The position numbers were made by a program, and so were the translations under genes. A DNA stretch of 64,000 bases from Schmidtea polychroa. Lineage: Eukaryota. Numbering within the stretch: the stretch's first letter is position 1; each line of letters begins with the position of its first letter. The DNA lies in contig CM097886.1 of the NCBI GenBank assembly GCA_044892525.1, positions 26,846,001 to 26,910,000 of the forward strand. Direction: 5' to 3'. This document shows positions 26,808-38,085 of this stretch, one piece after another. Under the pieces are notes generated by a model, which had not been told where the DNA came from, made no database searches, and saw nothing but the letters and a program-made list of their open reading frames with translations.

Positions 26808-28329
26808 TTGAAAACAAAAAGGTATAACTACCATCGGTATTTTAAACTAATATTCGTATTTTTTTGGACAATATTTTCAGATTTTAAACTTTACAAAGGA
26901 AGTTGTCAAGAAATTGAATTGCTACGAACTGATTTATTTCATATTGAACTTGATGATTTAAGAGAATACTTCATAGTATCCCAATAGCAATTGGTAACTT
27001 CCATAATTTCACATATAGCTCGTTGACATTTTTGCGTAATGTTGAGTCTGTTAGGATATTTATATGTAAATTAGAGTTAGACCCAAATTTCAATAAACAA
27101 AATATAAAGTTTAATTATTTACTATGAAAATAAAAATAAGGTCCCGAATAAATAATTATTTACACAAAATAAGAATGATAAAGATAAGAGAAAAGTCATA
27201 AAATAAAGTGATAATGGATCATAGATGAGTCATTGTTCAACTGGATCTTGTTTGGGGAATTGCCCTTCTGCTAGAGCCATTTTTCTGCGTACACATTTAC
27301 TCTATATTTTCCTGGCTCTGTTCTGTACTATTTATTTAAGGTAAATATAGTAATGGACCTACCATCATCATCGAACCCATGGAGGGATCAGTTCCATAGA
27401 AGTTTTATAATATTATAAATAATAGAAAGTTTAGTTGTTTTTTATTTTGTGGCCAGAATATGAATTCTACGATATTAAAATTTATTGAGTATTTATTGAA
27501 TAATTAGAAATTGGATTTACTAATGAATAACATCAATCTAATAATGAAATGGTAATAAAATGTGACATCGAAAAACAAAAAAGAACTTATAAAACGCAGT
27601 TCGATATTTGAAGTAAATAATGTGGTAAATATAGTGAGCTAAATTGACAGATGAGAATAGAGGCTAAATATGTATTGAGATGTATAATTTTGCAGAAGTG
27701 TAAGGCAAAAATAGATTGAGAGAAAAATACATTTGAGAGTCGCAATCTAATGGTACTTACTGATATTGAATTTAGTTTAGATTCCTTTTTTCCATATATT
27801 CTCTTCTGTAATCTCCAGTTCTATTATCATCTCTAAAAGCTATCGAGATATATAATTTTTCGAAAACGTCATTTTTCGGCTTTTCGAACAGGCTATTGAG
27901 ATATGCAAATTAGATTTCAAAGTAACATTTAAATTTATCACCAACTCAATAACTCAACAAATTATGGGACTTTATTATTTAGGTATCCTCAGCAATAATT
28001 GCAAACAAATTGAATTTTTTTTAAATATAATAAATATTAGCAGTTGATTAGAGATGTTATAAATACTAAAAGTATAACAACTAACTTGACGACTACGATA
28101 GCAATTTTATTAACACTTTAGAAATTACGATATTAAAGCCGAAATTGAGTATTTTATGCAAGAACGTGAAAGATTTTCCGAGTTTATGGGCATATCATCA
28201 AACAAAGAACAAAAATACCCAGAAAAGTAACAGCCATATAGCAATTTGATGATGAAAATAGTTATTAAGTTTCGACGGCAGCCTGCTCATTTGATTGAAA
28301 AAAAGATGGATAGATTAATGAAATAGAGC

Positions 28330-28900
28330 GGTTTTGCAAGATAAAAGAATTTAATCCCCAATAGAATACATTATTAGTATATGTGATGAAGAAAGATAAA
28401 AATGACCTAAGAATACATATAGATTTTCGGGCGCTGAATAATATAACAGGGTGACCAATATTACCAATTCATTAAGTTCCAAGTTGAACTAGTAGAAGCA
28501 TCGAAATTGAAAACTGCATTTTCCACTAATTTAAACAATATTGTTTAAACCGTAGGTCATATGGAATAGCGCAGCCCAATCATCTTTCCAAATAGTATAT
28601 GAGCATAGTACTGGGAGAACTTAATTGAAAATTCGCCATTGCTTACTTGGACGATATTTTAATATATCAAAATAAATTAAAAGAGCTTTACAAAAGTATT
28701 CAGTGTAGTAGAAAATATCAGATTAAAATTAGTTAATGAAAAATGCCAATTTTTGAAAGGGGAAGTAAAGTGTTTGAGATATATTATAAGTAAAGTGATA
28801 TGAAAGTAGATGAAAATAAACCACAAACTATTAAAAGTTTGAGAGATTTAAATGTAAAAAGCAATTAAGGAGGTTTTTATGACTAATTAAGCGCATGATT
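28330..28900 (+). mobile_element. Ty3/gypsy reverse transcriptase relic (heavily degraded)
   Basis: Fragments VMKKDKNDLRIHIDFRALNNIT, KTAFST, AIAYLDDILIY and EKCQFLKGEVK. Confidence 0.8.
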
Positions 28901-29923
28901 TTGACCGGATTAGGTCAAAAAGTTAAACTGCAAAATCAAATTAATAAAGAAACTGCTGGAAGAGGATCAACAAGTGATACGAGATCTAAAATCACCATCT
29001 AAGAAAAGCTCAACTGCTAATTGGACTGAGAGCAATCATTCAAATGGGAGGAATCCTAACTATTCGGAGCATGAACTTTTTCCCGCCGATGTCTTTCATC
29101 ACGAAACTACTCCAAAGAATCAGATCGACATCTTCGAGGGGAGCAAGAAAAAATCTAACCCTCGTCTAGGAAAGTACTAGCGGATAAGGATCCGGCTGAA
29201 ATCCCCACAAATAAGCAAGTCCTATGGAAAATGATGACGATTTAATATTTAATATCAATTTCATTTATTCCTTTATGTTTTATCCCAAATGTTAAAGAAT
29301 TGAAATCACCAAATCCATCATTGAAAAGAATTAAAGATAAAATAAATTGCAAATAATTAATATAAAAATTATTGGTTACAAAAATAATTTGAAATCGCAA
29401 TAAAATCAGAAGAAATATTAAAAATTAAATTAAAATCGCAACTTTAATTTTTTCATTCAACTAAATTCACGAACAAGATAAACATGTACACCAAAACAGC
29501 TCTATATAGTATATACGATTGCGGAAAAAGCCCTTTTTTGAATAATTAATTTTTATTTTTGCAACAACTTTACCTGAGGCCTCCTTCAATTTTTAATTAT
29601 TATTTTCGTCATGAACTTTTGTTTTGAAAATTTTGATTCTAATTAATTTTTAATTAATTTTACTCTTAATTTAAACTTTTGTATTTTCCCTGCTTTGCGT
29701 TTGAGTTTTTACGCTCTTAAAGTTATTTGTTCATTTTTATGCAACTTCAACAGTTTGATTTGTTTTATTATTATAAATTGAACAATTAACCAATGTTGCT
29801 TATTTAATTGTAAAACTAATTTTTCTATTTATTTTAAAATCTTCACGTAGTCTCAATAATCAAAGTTTAATTTTATTTTCGTTTATATTAAAAGAAAAAT
29901 TTTTGAAATTTAATTTTTTCATT

Positions 29924-30131
29924 ATGGATAGTGAAAATACTGAAAATGATTATTTTTTAAATCCTGATAAAATTAAATTATTTCGATTAGTTTACAAACC
30001 AATCAATTCCAATGTGAAAGCATTTGTGTTTATCTGTCACGGTTTATTTGAACACTGCCAATCTGGTTATTTGAAATTAATCAATCCATTAAATGACATC
30101 GGTTGCTTGGTTGTCACTCACGATCACAGAG
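29924..30131 (+). CDS. MGLL: MGLL-family copy 2, exon 1 (GC donor)
   Basis: ATG at 29924; KAFVFICHGLFEHC...VVTHDHRG. The donor at the homologous position reads GAG|GCAAGT. Confidence 0.88.
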
Positions 30132-30529
30132 GCAAGTTCTATTATTAAAATTATATTTCACTAATTTTCATTATTAAATCCCACGTAGTTAAGTTTTATT
30201 TCAAAATATAACGATTAAATCTATGCTTAAATAATCAACGGTTCCAAAACATTTAACCTGGTGCCAGTAGCTATTTTCTCAATTTTTCCAAAAACTTGTT
30301 TATTACTAAGTATTTTTTAAATGAAATGACAGTGAATCTTCTAAACATTATTCTTAACAAAGAATTGTATAATTTATAAAGAAAATGTTTTAGGCGTCCA
30401 ACCGATATTAATTACTATTATGGTTGGTCCTATTTCTATAGTATGTTCGAGTGTATTATATTAGTATTATATCATACGTATTGTATTATATATTATGTTT
30501 ATATTTACGTTTGTTTGTGTGATAAGAAA

Positions 30530-30690
30530 TGTTGTAGTACCCAGCCGAGTCTCCAGTAAATAAACTGTCTCGGAGACAGCTGGGGTGAATGTATGTTAAA
30601 ATATATTAAAATACACTACAAAATTAACAATAACGGATATACAACATGAACCTTTATTCGAATAAAAATCGTAAAAACCTTATGGTTGGA
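30530..30690 (-). mobile_element. LTR R/U5 fragment (family L1), antisense in MGLL copy 2 intron
   Basis: AACTGTCTCGGAGACAGCTGGGGTGAATGTATGTTAA. On the minus strand it has AATAAA and ends ...GGGTACTACAACA. Confidence 0.6.
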
Positions 30691-31199
30691 GGTAGATTTA
30701 CTAGGATTTGAAACTTGGCCTTTGTCTGGATACTGAACTGAAAACTTGCAGTTTAAATGAGGAGTTGAATGTCAGACGAGAGATCGGCTCGCAATAATCA
30801 ATTGTCATTCAGATTTGAAAAGGAAAAGGTAAATCCGAGCAAATTGCCATTAGCCCCAGATAGGGATTTTAAGAAGAAATTTGAGAGTAGGCAAAGGAAC
30901 TCATTGAAAGGCTTAAAGAATTAAAAAGGTGAATATTGATATCGATTTTTACAGTGCATCAACACCGAGAGGAGAATCGGTCAAACTTATAAAACTTTGT
31001 TGAATCATTCTGTGTGGGGTACGATACAAATTGTAATTGAATATATGTTGAGCAGTATATTGTTTTTTTATTTGCAATTATAAAGGGGCACGCGGAGTCA
31101 GAGGTGACCGACCTGAATTAGAAAACCCATCCTTATTATTGTTATTATTATTATTCTCATAATAATAATTTTTATTATCAATTAGAATTATTAGAGGCA

Positions 31200-31850
31200 T
31201 GCAGGTTCGAAATTAAAGGGAATGGGATTTGTTGGGGTTCGATGAACGAGGTACAAAACAATATGAAAATCAATAAAAACATCAAATTCACAATAATAAT
31301 TTTAAGTACAAAAATCTTAATTAAAAATCACGGAAAATTGAAAATGAATATTTTCCGGGGAAAACTGGTATGGGCAGATGCCGAGCCATGAAACTAGTTC
31401 AAATATAATAAAAATTAAGTTAATTGGGGTCCATAGAAGGAAATAATTACAAAACACTAAAATTAATTAAAAAATTAATTAGCTAATGGAAAACATGAGC
31501 TAACGGGAAACCCGAGCCAATGGAAAACCCGAACAGTGTGAAAGGACTCGAGTAGTCACTCAAATTAGGTAGAACTGGCGAACGAGTAATTAAATTGGGG
31601 TAGGCTATAAAAAACGAATAAATTGCCCAAACCAATTTGGTCAGCAAGAGGAAGCCCGGAGGAAAGTATCAAAAGTAATTTGATGATAATATAATTACAA
31701 AACGGGTATGAAAGCCACCGGCAAGCAAACAGAATTTCCAGTTGGTCGAAGAAAAAAATGTGATATTACAGTGAATGGGAGTAAATGTGAATTTAACTAA
31801 TTGCTAACCAAATCGTTTTGAATCTAGCGTACCAAAAAGGGACATCTTCC
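31200..31850 (+). repeat. Dispersed repeat family R2 (longest copy), approximate bounds
   Basis: 31236-31500 is homologous to 53843-54090 and 31620-31845 to 50995-51205 (e.g. CCAGTTGGTCGAAGAAA, GCTAACCAAATC.TTTTGA). Confidence 0.8.
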
Positions 31851-33480
31851 GTTGGAAGATTTATCCCTGCTCAAGATTTAGGTTGGAATTGAAAAGTTTG
31901 CAGAGTAAATAGAGTTATTTAAAGGTAGCTTCAAGGTGAGTTCTGGGGGATTTATGGCGGCACAGAGCTGACTCAACGCAGCGGCTTTCCTCGCCCGTTT
32001 TTTTGTTTGCGCTCGATCTTTGATAAGTAGCGCCTCTTGGGCTTGTGTTATGGAGGTAAAGGTATAGTAGCATTCAAATCGATAATTGGTGTGGTCACGA
32101 GCGGTACGATTAATTTGGCCGGGGTTGGGACAGAAGACGTTGTCGCCAGCGAAGATCAACTTGCACAAAGTCCAGAGATACAAGTCACGAGCCCGAAATT
32201 GTTCTTTTATCAAGGTCTCCTGGCAGTGCTTTCCGTGATCAGGCTGTCACGGCAGGCAGTGAACTTTTTTAGTGGATTCTTTCATCAATAATATAAAAAA
32301 TATTCTTTATGTGGTTAACATGTTTTATCTGTCTTAGTTGGCTATTTACCCATTTTTAGTTAATTAAAACAAGAAATAGAAATAAAGCATGAATTATTTG
32401 ACTCATATGAGTCGATTTAAATAAAATTTGCTCAGCCCCCACAACCCACTGTACTTTAGTGGTGTCGAGCCCTTAGTGTCAAGACCTTGGTAACTACGAG
32501 CAAACTAAAAAGGTTGACGCAATTTCCAGATCCTCCTATATAAATTAATCCTTGTCCGTTAGCGTTCCGTAGTTGCTCGACTTATCAAGACACGAGCATT
32601 ATATCGTAACATTCCATTTCTATTTTCTTTTATCGCCATTAATTCGAATTTGTGTTTGTCATGTTATTTTTTCCTGTTATATTTATGTTTGTTTCGTGAA
32701 ATACTTATTCAATTTACTTTATTTTTTTTCTTCGTCATTTTGGTGTTGTTTTTCTCTTTTTATCGAGATTATTTAGTGTTTTTTGCGTCTTTTTTTGCGC
32801 ATTTCGATCATAAACTCACATTTATTTTGAGTTAGAATCAGATTTTACCTAACATAAATATTTTATTTTAATATGTTTTCTAATTTAATTTTTAAATTTT
32901 CATGAAATTTCTTAAACTTTTTTCCTGTTTTTAAACTGTTGACAAACTATTATAAATTTTTAAAATTCAACAGTGCATTTGGTAATAATTTATTAATTCA
33001 TTTCCAGATTTTTTTTACAGAGTAATACAGAAGAGCTTTGGTGCAAAACCCTCTAGGGACCCTTATATACACAATAAAGGTAAAAATTTGTAGTTTATAT
33101 TTTTAAAAATTTACAAAATTTAAACAGTTTAAATAGCATATCAAGATTTACAATGACTAAGAAAACATCATTCGGCTATTTGTGTTTAAATTATTACAGA
33201 AAAAATATGAGGCCAAATCACATTTTCCTTTCGTTACTTTTATAAATAAAAGGATTAAGCATACAAAATATAAACGTATAACATTCATATTAATGTATGA
33301 TGTTTATTATTATAGAACTTTATCCTGTGTTTTATCGTGGGCTGTTGTAGGGGAGAGGTGGCTCTAAATCACTTCTTTCATTTATTATCCCATTGTTACA
33401 TTCCTGAATATTCATTTTTGAATAATAAGTTTCATTTTAAACAAATCTCAGAGGTTCCTTAAATATTTGTCCTCAAATTA

Positions 33481-33672
33481 CCGTATTTTCCCACATATAG
33501 CCCGTGGGTTATACCGAATTTTACATACCCCTCAGGGGGGAGGGAGGGGTTAGTTCGGGGGTATATATGGGCGCAGGTTATATCTAACCTTTTTAGACAA
33601 AACTTAAAAACCCGCGGGGTAATGGAGGGTGCGGGTTATCTGCGTATACGGGCTGTATGCGGTAAAATACGG
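33481..33672. mobile_element. Tc1/mariner superfamily (Tc2/pogo-like) MITE
   Basis: TA|CCGTATTTTCCCACATATAGCCCGT...ACGGGCTGTATGCGGTAAAATACGG|TA: ~25-bp imperfect TIR with TA duplication. Confidence 0.8.
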
Positions 33673-33888
33673 TAATATAATATAATTAATTTGCATTTTT
33701 CTTAATAACTGTCACAATAAAATTAATTAATTAATTAAATTCTCTTTTAAACATGGATAATTAAATCTAATAACAAATTTATATTTTTTAAATTATTAAA
33801 AATACCAATGAATATTTTTCTTTGATATATAAAAAATAAGTAAATTTTATAAAATAAAAATAATTTACATCTATTAAAACTTTCTATG

Positions 33889-34009
33889 TGTAAGACTCAT
33901 AGTTACAAAAACATTCAAAACATTTATTTATTTCACAAACACAATATTCAAACAAATTAACTTGTTTTTTTTAAATATTGTTTTAAAATAATTAATTAAT
34001 GTCCCAACA
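33889..34009 (-). repeat. 3' LTR (121 bp); polypurine tract AAGGGGGAGTTG immediately upstream on the minus strand (34010-34021)
   Basis: Base-for-base identical to 37874-37994. Confidence 0.97.
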
Positions 34010-34019
34010 CAACTCCCCC

Positions 34020-36994
34020 TTAAGATTGCGGAGCCAATTCGTCCGTTCCAATCCATGGCTTGAGACGGTCGATGCTAACATTCTTTACTTGGTCTCCGAT
34101 TTTGATTTTTACCGTTTTACTGTCATCGGATCTTTCTATGACGTCGTATGGTCCCGTGTACGGATCTTCTAACGATTTCCTGAATTCAGATCGAAGTCAC
34201 ACTCTTTTGCAGTGAACTAATAGTTTGCTTACAAAACTATGTTCTTTTGGTTGGCTTGTTTGTTTGTTATTTAGTTGTGAGTCGATTTCCTCTTGAATCG
34301 ATGTCAACTTCTCTTCGATATCGGTTAATGTTGGTTCACTAATGACAAAATCTCCGGGTAATCTAGCTCGACAACCGAATGTGAGTTGCGCTGCTGATGG
34401 AGACCCATTGGACTTCGTGCAGTTTCTTAGACTGAGTAGAATCTTGGGGAGATCATGAGCCCACATCTTGGAGGAGTCTTCTGATGCGGCTCTTATTGAG
34501 TTTTTCATGGCTCTGTGCCATCTTTCTATCTTCCCATTGGATTGAGGGTGATAGGCTGTTGTTCGCCTCCTTTCGATTCCCATTACCTTGCAGAAATTGG
34601 AGAATTTTTCTGATTCAAATTGTGTTCCTTGATCTGTTATGACAATTTCTGGAACACCAAAGCGACTGATCCACTCTCTTTCAAATGTTCTTATGATCAT
34701 ATCTGCTGTGATATCATATATAGGAATTGCTTCAACCCATGACGTTCCTCGGTCTATCATTGTCATGATATATCTCTTGTTATCGACGCTCGGAAGGGGA
34801 CCCACTATATCTAGATGGACTGTAATGAACCTTCCTTTGGTTTCTATAGTGCCTAAAGGAGCATGTGTGTGTCTTGCTATTTTTGCACTTTGACATCTTT
34901 GACATTGTCTACACCACTCTCTGATGTCGCTTTTCATCTGAGGCCACACATATCTCGACTTGATCAGTTCTATCGTTGGTTTGGATGCTGGATGCGATAT
35001 GTTATGAATTCTTAGAAATTCTTGATGTCGGAATATTTTTGGCAGTACTACTCTGGTTTCCCCCGTAGAATTGTCAATGAGAATGTCATCCGTAGTACTA
35101 CATAACTGGAGACTTGCATTTTTCAGTGTAGATAAGGTCTGATCTTTCCTTTGTTCTTCTTTTAACCTTTCTTTCGTGAATTCGACGAAATTAATTTCCA
35201 CCGTTGATACTTGTAGGTTTTGATTACTGCATGGTCTGGACAAGAGATCGGCGACTACATTATCTTCCCCTTTGATGAATTCGATGGTAAAATCAAATTG
35301 ATCAAGGTATTCGATTATTCGCCATTGCCTTGGCGATGGATCTTTCATATGTCTAGCTCGTAGTAAAGGTTTGTGGTCCGTCATGACTGTGAAATGAGAA
35401 CCGTCTAAAAAATGCTTAAAATGTTTTATAGATAAGAATATTGCCAGTAACTCCCTGTCAAAGGTGGAATATTTCTGTTCGGTTAGATTTAATTTCCTCG
35501 AAAAGAAAGCAATTGGAAATGATTTATTTTCTTCGTTGATTTGACTTAGACTTGCTCCAATTGCTTTAGAAGATGCGTCAGTGCATAGTAGGAATGGCTT
35601 GGACGGGTTAGGATATGAAACGTTGCTGATTTCACGTACCGAATTTTTGGCACTCATGAAAGCGTGTGTATGGCAGTCTTGCCATAAGAGATCTTCCTTT
35701 TTATTGACCGACTCTTGTAACAAGTCATGCAGTGGACTCAGTGTATCCGACAGCCTTGGAATTAGCCAGTGATAATAGCCGATGCCACCAATAAAACGTC
35801 GTAAATCTTGACTGTTAGTTGGCTTCTTTAAATTGCTAATTGCCAACGTGCGTTCTTCAGAGGGTTTTATTCCTTGTTTTGTTAATTCAAAACCCAAAAA
35901 GTTTACCTTTTCGGTTTGGAATTCGCATTTGCTCTGGTTGATTGTGAGACCAGCGGCTTGAAGACTGGCCATCACCCTTGCCACGTGTTCTTTATGCTCT
36001 GCTTCAGTCTTGGAGAATATCAGAACATCATCAATATAGGATAAGGAATGCTCCTGGTGTTCTCGGAGTACGTTGTCCATGTGTCTCTGAAACGTTTGAG
36101 ATGCGTTTCGAAGTCCAAAAGGCATCTTCGTATATTCGAACAATCCAAAAGGTGTTATGACTGCTGTCTTTGAAATGTCTCCGTCACAAATCGGAATTTG
36201 ATGATATGCCTTTTCCAAATCTAATTTAGTGAATACATGAGGGTTGTTTATCTTGTTCAGTAAATCTTGAATTCTCGGAAGTGGATATCTGTCAGGCTGG
36301 GTTATTTCATTTAACATTCTGTAGTCTCCACAAGGCCGCCATGATCCATCCGGCTTCTTAACCACTACTAATGGAGATGCCCAGTCACTCTTGCTTGGCC
36401 GAATCACACCTTCATTTAAGAGTCTGTCAAACTCTTTCTTTGTTGCAACTAATTATTCTCCAAAAAGTGGTCTTTGTCTTTGAGCTACAGGGGAACCATT
36501 GGTGATTATTTGTAGTTTCGTGGTTAATGTGGTTTCTTTGTTGATTGTAGCACAGATCTTGGCACATTGGCTTCTCCGCGCTTCTGTTCTTTCGTTACTG
36601 CTAGAGCAACATATTGATCTGGAATGACAACTAACGTCGATTTTGTGATGGGCCAGGAAGTCTGCACCTAGAATTGGACGAGATATGCCGGCTATAGCGA
36701 AAGACCATATAAATTTAGTTCTGAATCCTTCAATAGTAAATTCAATCGTTTTCTGCCCGTGGTATGTGATTGATGAATTGTTGGCGGATACTAAAGATCG
36801 ATGTTCTCCATTTCTATCAGGCTTGAAACGGTTTGCGGGAAGGATGCTGAGATCAGCGCCTGTATCGATGAGAAAGTCAATTTGTTCTCCATTTATGATT
36901 GCTGGTATTTCGAATATTTGTGAGTTGTTTTGTCCCGAGAAAGAAGATATGATTTTGTAGGTTTCACTGTTCGGGTTCAATGAAACCTTCTCTC
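34020..36994 (-). pseudogene. pol (protease, RT, RNase H, integrase) interrupted by two in-frame stops
   Basis: PR LIDTGAD, RT WRPCGDYR/YIDD, RH TDAS/DRELLAI/DLLSR, IN HHCC plus DIVG/DQG/ERWH. TAA at 36453-36455 lies in PLFGE*LVATKKEF. TGA at 34197-34199 lies in CKRV*LR, after which PYTGPYDV...VSIDRLKP continues to TAA 34020-34022. Confidence 0.93.
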
Positions 36995-37001
36995 GTTTCC
37001 C
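36934..37001 (-). promoter_or_regulatory. Putative -1 ribosomal frameshift signal (G GGA AAC, 6-nt spacer, stem-loop/pseudoknot)
   Basis: Heptamer at 37001-36995 in the gag frame. 10-bp stem AGGTTTCATT/AGTGAAACCT (one G-U). Loop CCCGA can pair with TCGGG at 36938-36934. pol is in the -1 frame. Confidence 0.8.
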
Positions 37002-37885
37002 TGGTTCTCTCTGTGGTTGTTGCTGTTGAAGTTACCGTTTTTGTTGAAGTTGCTGTTTTTGTTGAAATTGTTGTTGTTGTTCCTTGACGATATGTTTGAC
37101 GGTTCGAAATTTTGATATTTCTCTCTGTTGTACTTCCCCGATTGATAGTTGTCGTTCTGATTTGCATTCCATTCACATGGCGGTTGACATTTCATCGCCC
37201 TATGCCCAAATTTACTATGATAAAAACATAACTTACCGGTGTTTTTATTGTTTAATTGTTGTCGTATTGCATTTATCTCTTCCTGCAGTTCCATGATTGT
37301 TCTCGTCTTGTCTCCTACTTCTTGATTATTGCAATATTCGTGTTCAATTGCCTTCACTGATTGACGCTTTGATATCATTATTCTGTCTGCTGTGATCGCT
37401 AATTTCCGAAGGTCCGTCGATGGCATCGATAATAGGATGTCTTGAACAGATCTTGGTAGTAGTCGCATGAATAATTCCCGAGATATAGGACTGTTGAATG
37501 GGTCCATGGATGTGTCTATTCTTTGTATTTGTCCTGTAATGTGTTGAAGCGCTTCTGATGGAGATCGATCTCCCAGGCAGTCGTCTCTCATCAGGTCAGT
37601 TAGTGATATTGTCCTTGATAGTTCAAAACCAGCTAAGATTGCTTCCTTCAGAGTAGTGTATGGAAGTTCGGTTTCTGAGTCCAGTAAGTGTTCGTACTTT
37701 GTTAGCAACGTTGTTGGGAGATTTGAAATTAAATGAAAATACTTTGTGGTCTCTTCTGTAATTCTGGATATCTTGAAGCTGGCCTCCACTTGCTTGAACC
37801 ATAGACTTTGATTTTGAAAAATGGCCGGAATTTTGACCGAGACATGGTCAACTTCGGAGTTTCTGACACCATTTGTAAGACTCAT
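36977..37885 (-). CDS. Gag (302 aa from the only in-frame ATG)
   Basis: KIPAIFQNQSLWFKQVEASF N-terminal motif and CFYHSKFGHRAMKCQPPC (CHCC-type knuckle), followed by an Asn-rich tail. Confidence 0.9.
   Translation of the reverse strand: MSLTNGVRNSEVDHVSVKIPAIFQNQSLWFKQVEASFKISRITEETTKYFHLISNLPTTLLTKYEHLLDSETELPYTTLKEAILAGFELSRTISLTDLMRDDCLGDRSPSEALQHITGQIQRIDTSMDPFNSPISRELFMRLLPRSVQDILLSMPSTDLRKLAITADRIMISKRQSVKAIEHEYCNNQEVGDKTRTIMELQEEINAIRQQLNNKNTGKLCFYHSKFGHRAMKCQPPCEWNANQNDNYQSGKYNREKYQNFEPSNISSRNNNNNFNKNSNFNKNGNFNSNNHRENQGNERRFH
37861..37871 (-). promoter_or_regulatory. Primer-binding site TGGTGTCAGAA (tRNA-Leu(CAA)-type 3' end complement)
   Basis: Lies 2 nt downstream of the 5' LTR. 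11-nt match to the ...UUCUGACACCA end of tRNA-Leu as I recall it. Confidence 0.75.
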
Positions 37886-37994
37886 AGTTACAAAAACATT
37901 CAAAACATTTATTTATTTCACAAACACAATATTCAAACAAATTAACTTGTTTTTTTTAAATATTGTTTTAAAATAATTAATTAATGTCCCAACA
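37874..37994 (-). repeat. 5' LTR (121 bp)
   Basis: TGTTGGGAC...GAGTCTTACA, contains AATAAA, identical to 33889-34009. Confidence 0.97.
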
Positions 37995-38085
37995 CTATGT
38001 CATTTTGTAAATTTGGTGTATAATATTTATGACTTTTCTTTTTTAAAAATCCTTATAAACTGATAAAATTAATTTTTATATTTAG

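Larger units (their letters stand above)
33889..37994 (-). mobile_element. Full-length Ty3/gypsy LTR retrotransposon (CsRn1/Kabuki-like), 4106 bp
   Basis: Two identical 121-bp LTRs with TG...CA ends and a CTATG TSD (33884-33888, 37995-37999). PBS, PPT and the gag-PR-RT-RH-IN order are all present. Confidence 0.97.

Noticed and set aside
31195-31250. GGTTCGA motifs (also at 53844) as tRNA T-loops
   Set aside because: No cloverleaf or A-box; they are part of repeat R2.
34639-37296. Short + strand ORFs and the 36964-37176 minus ORF within the gypsy element
   Set aside because: Antisense or alternative-frame shadows of gag-pol with no independent support.
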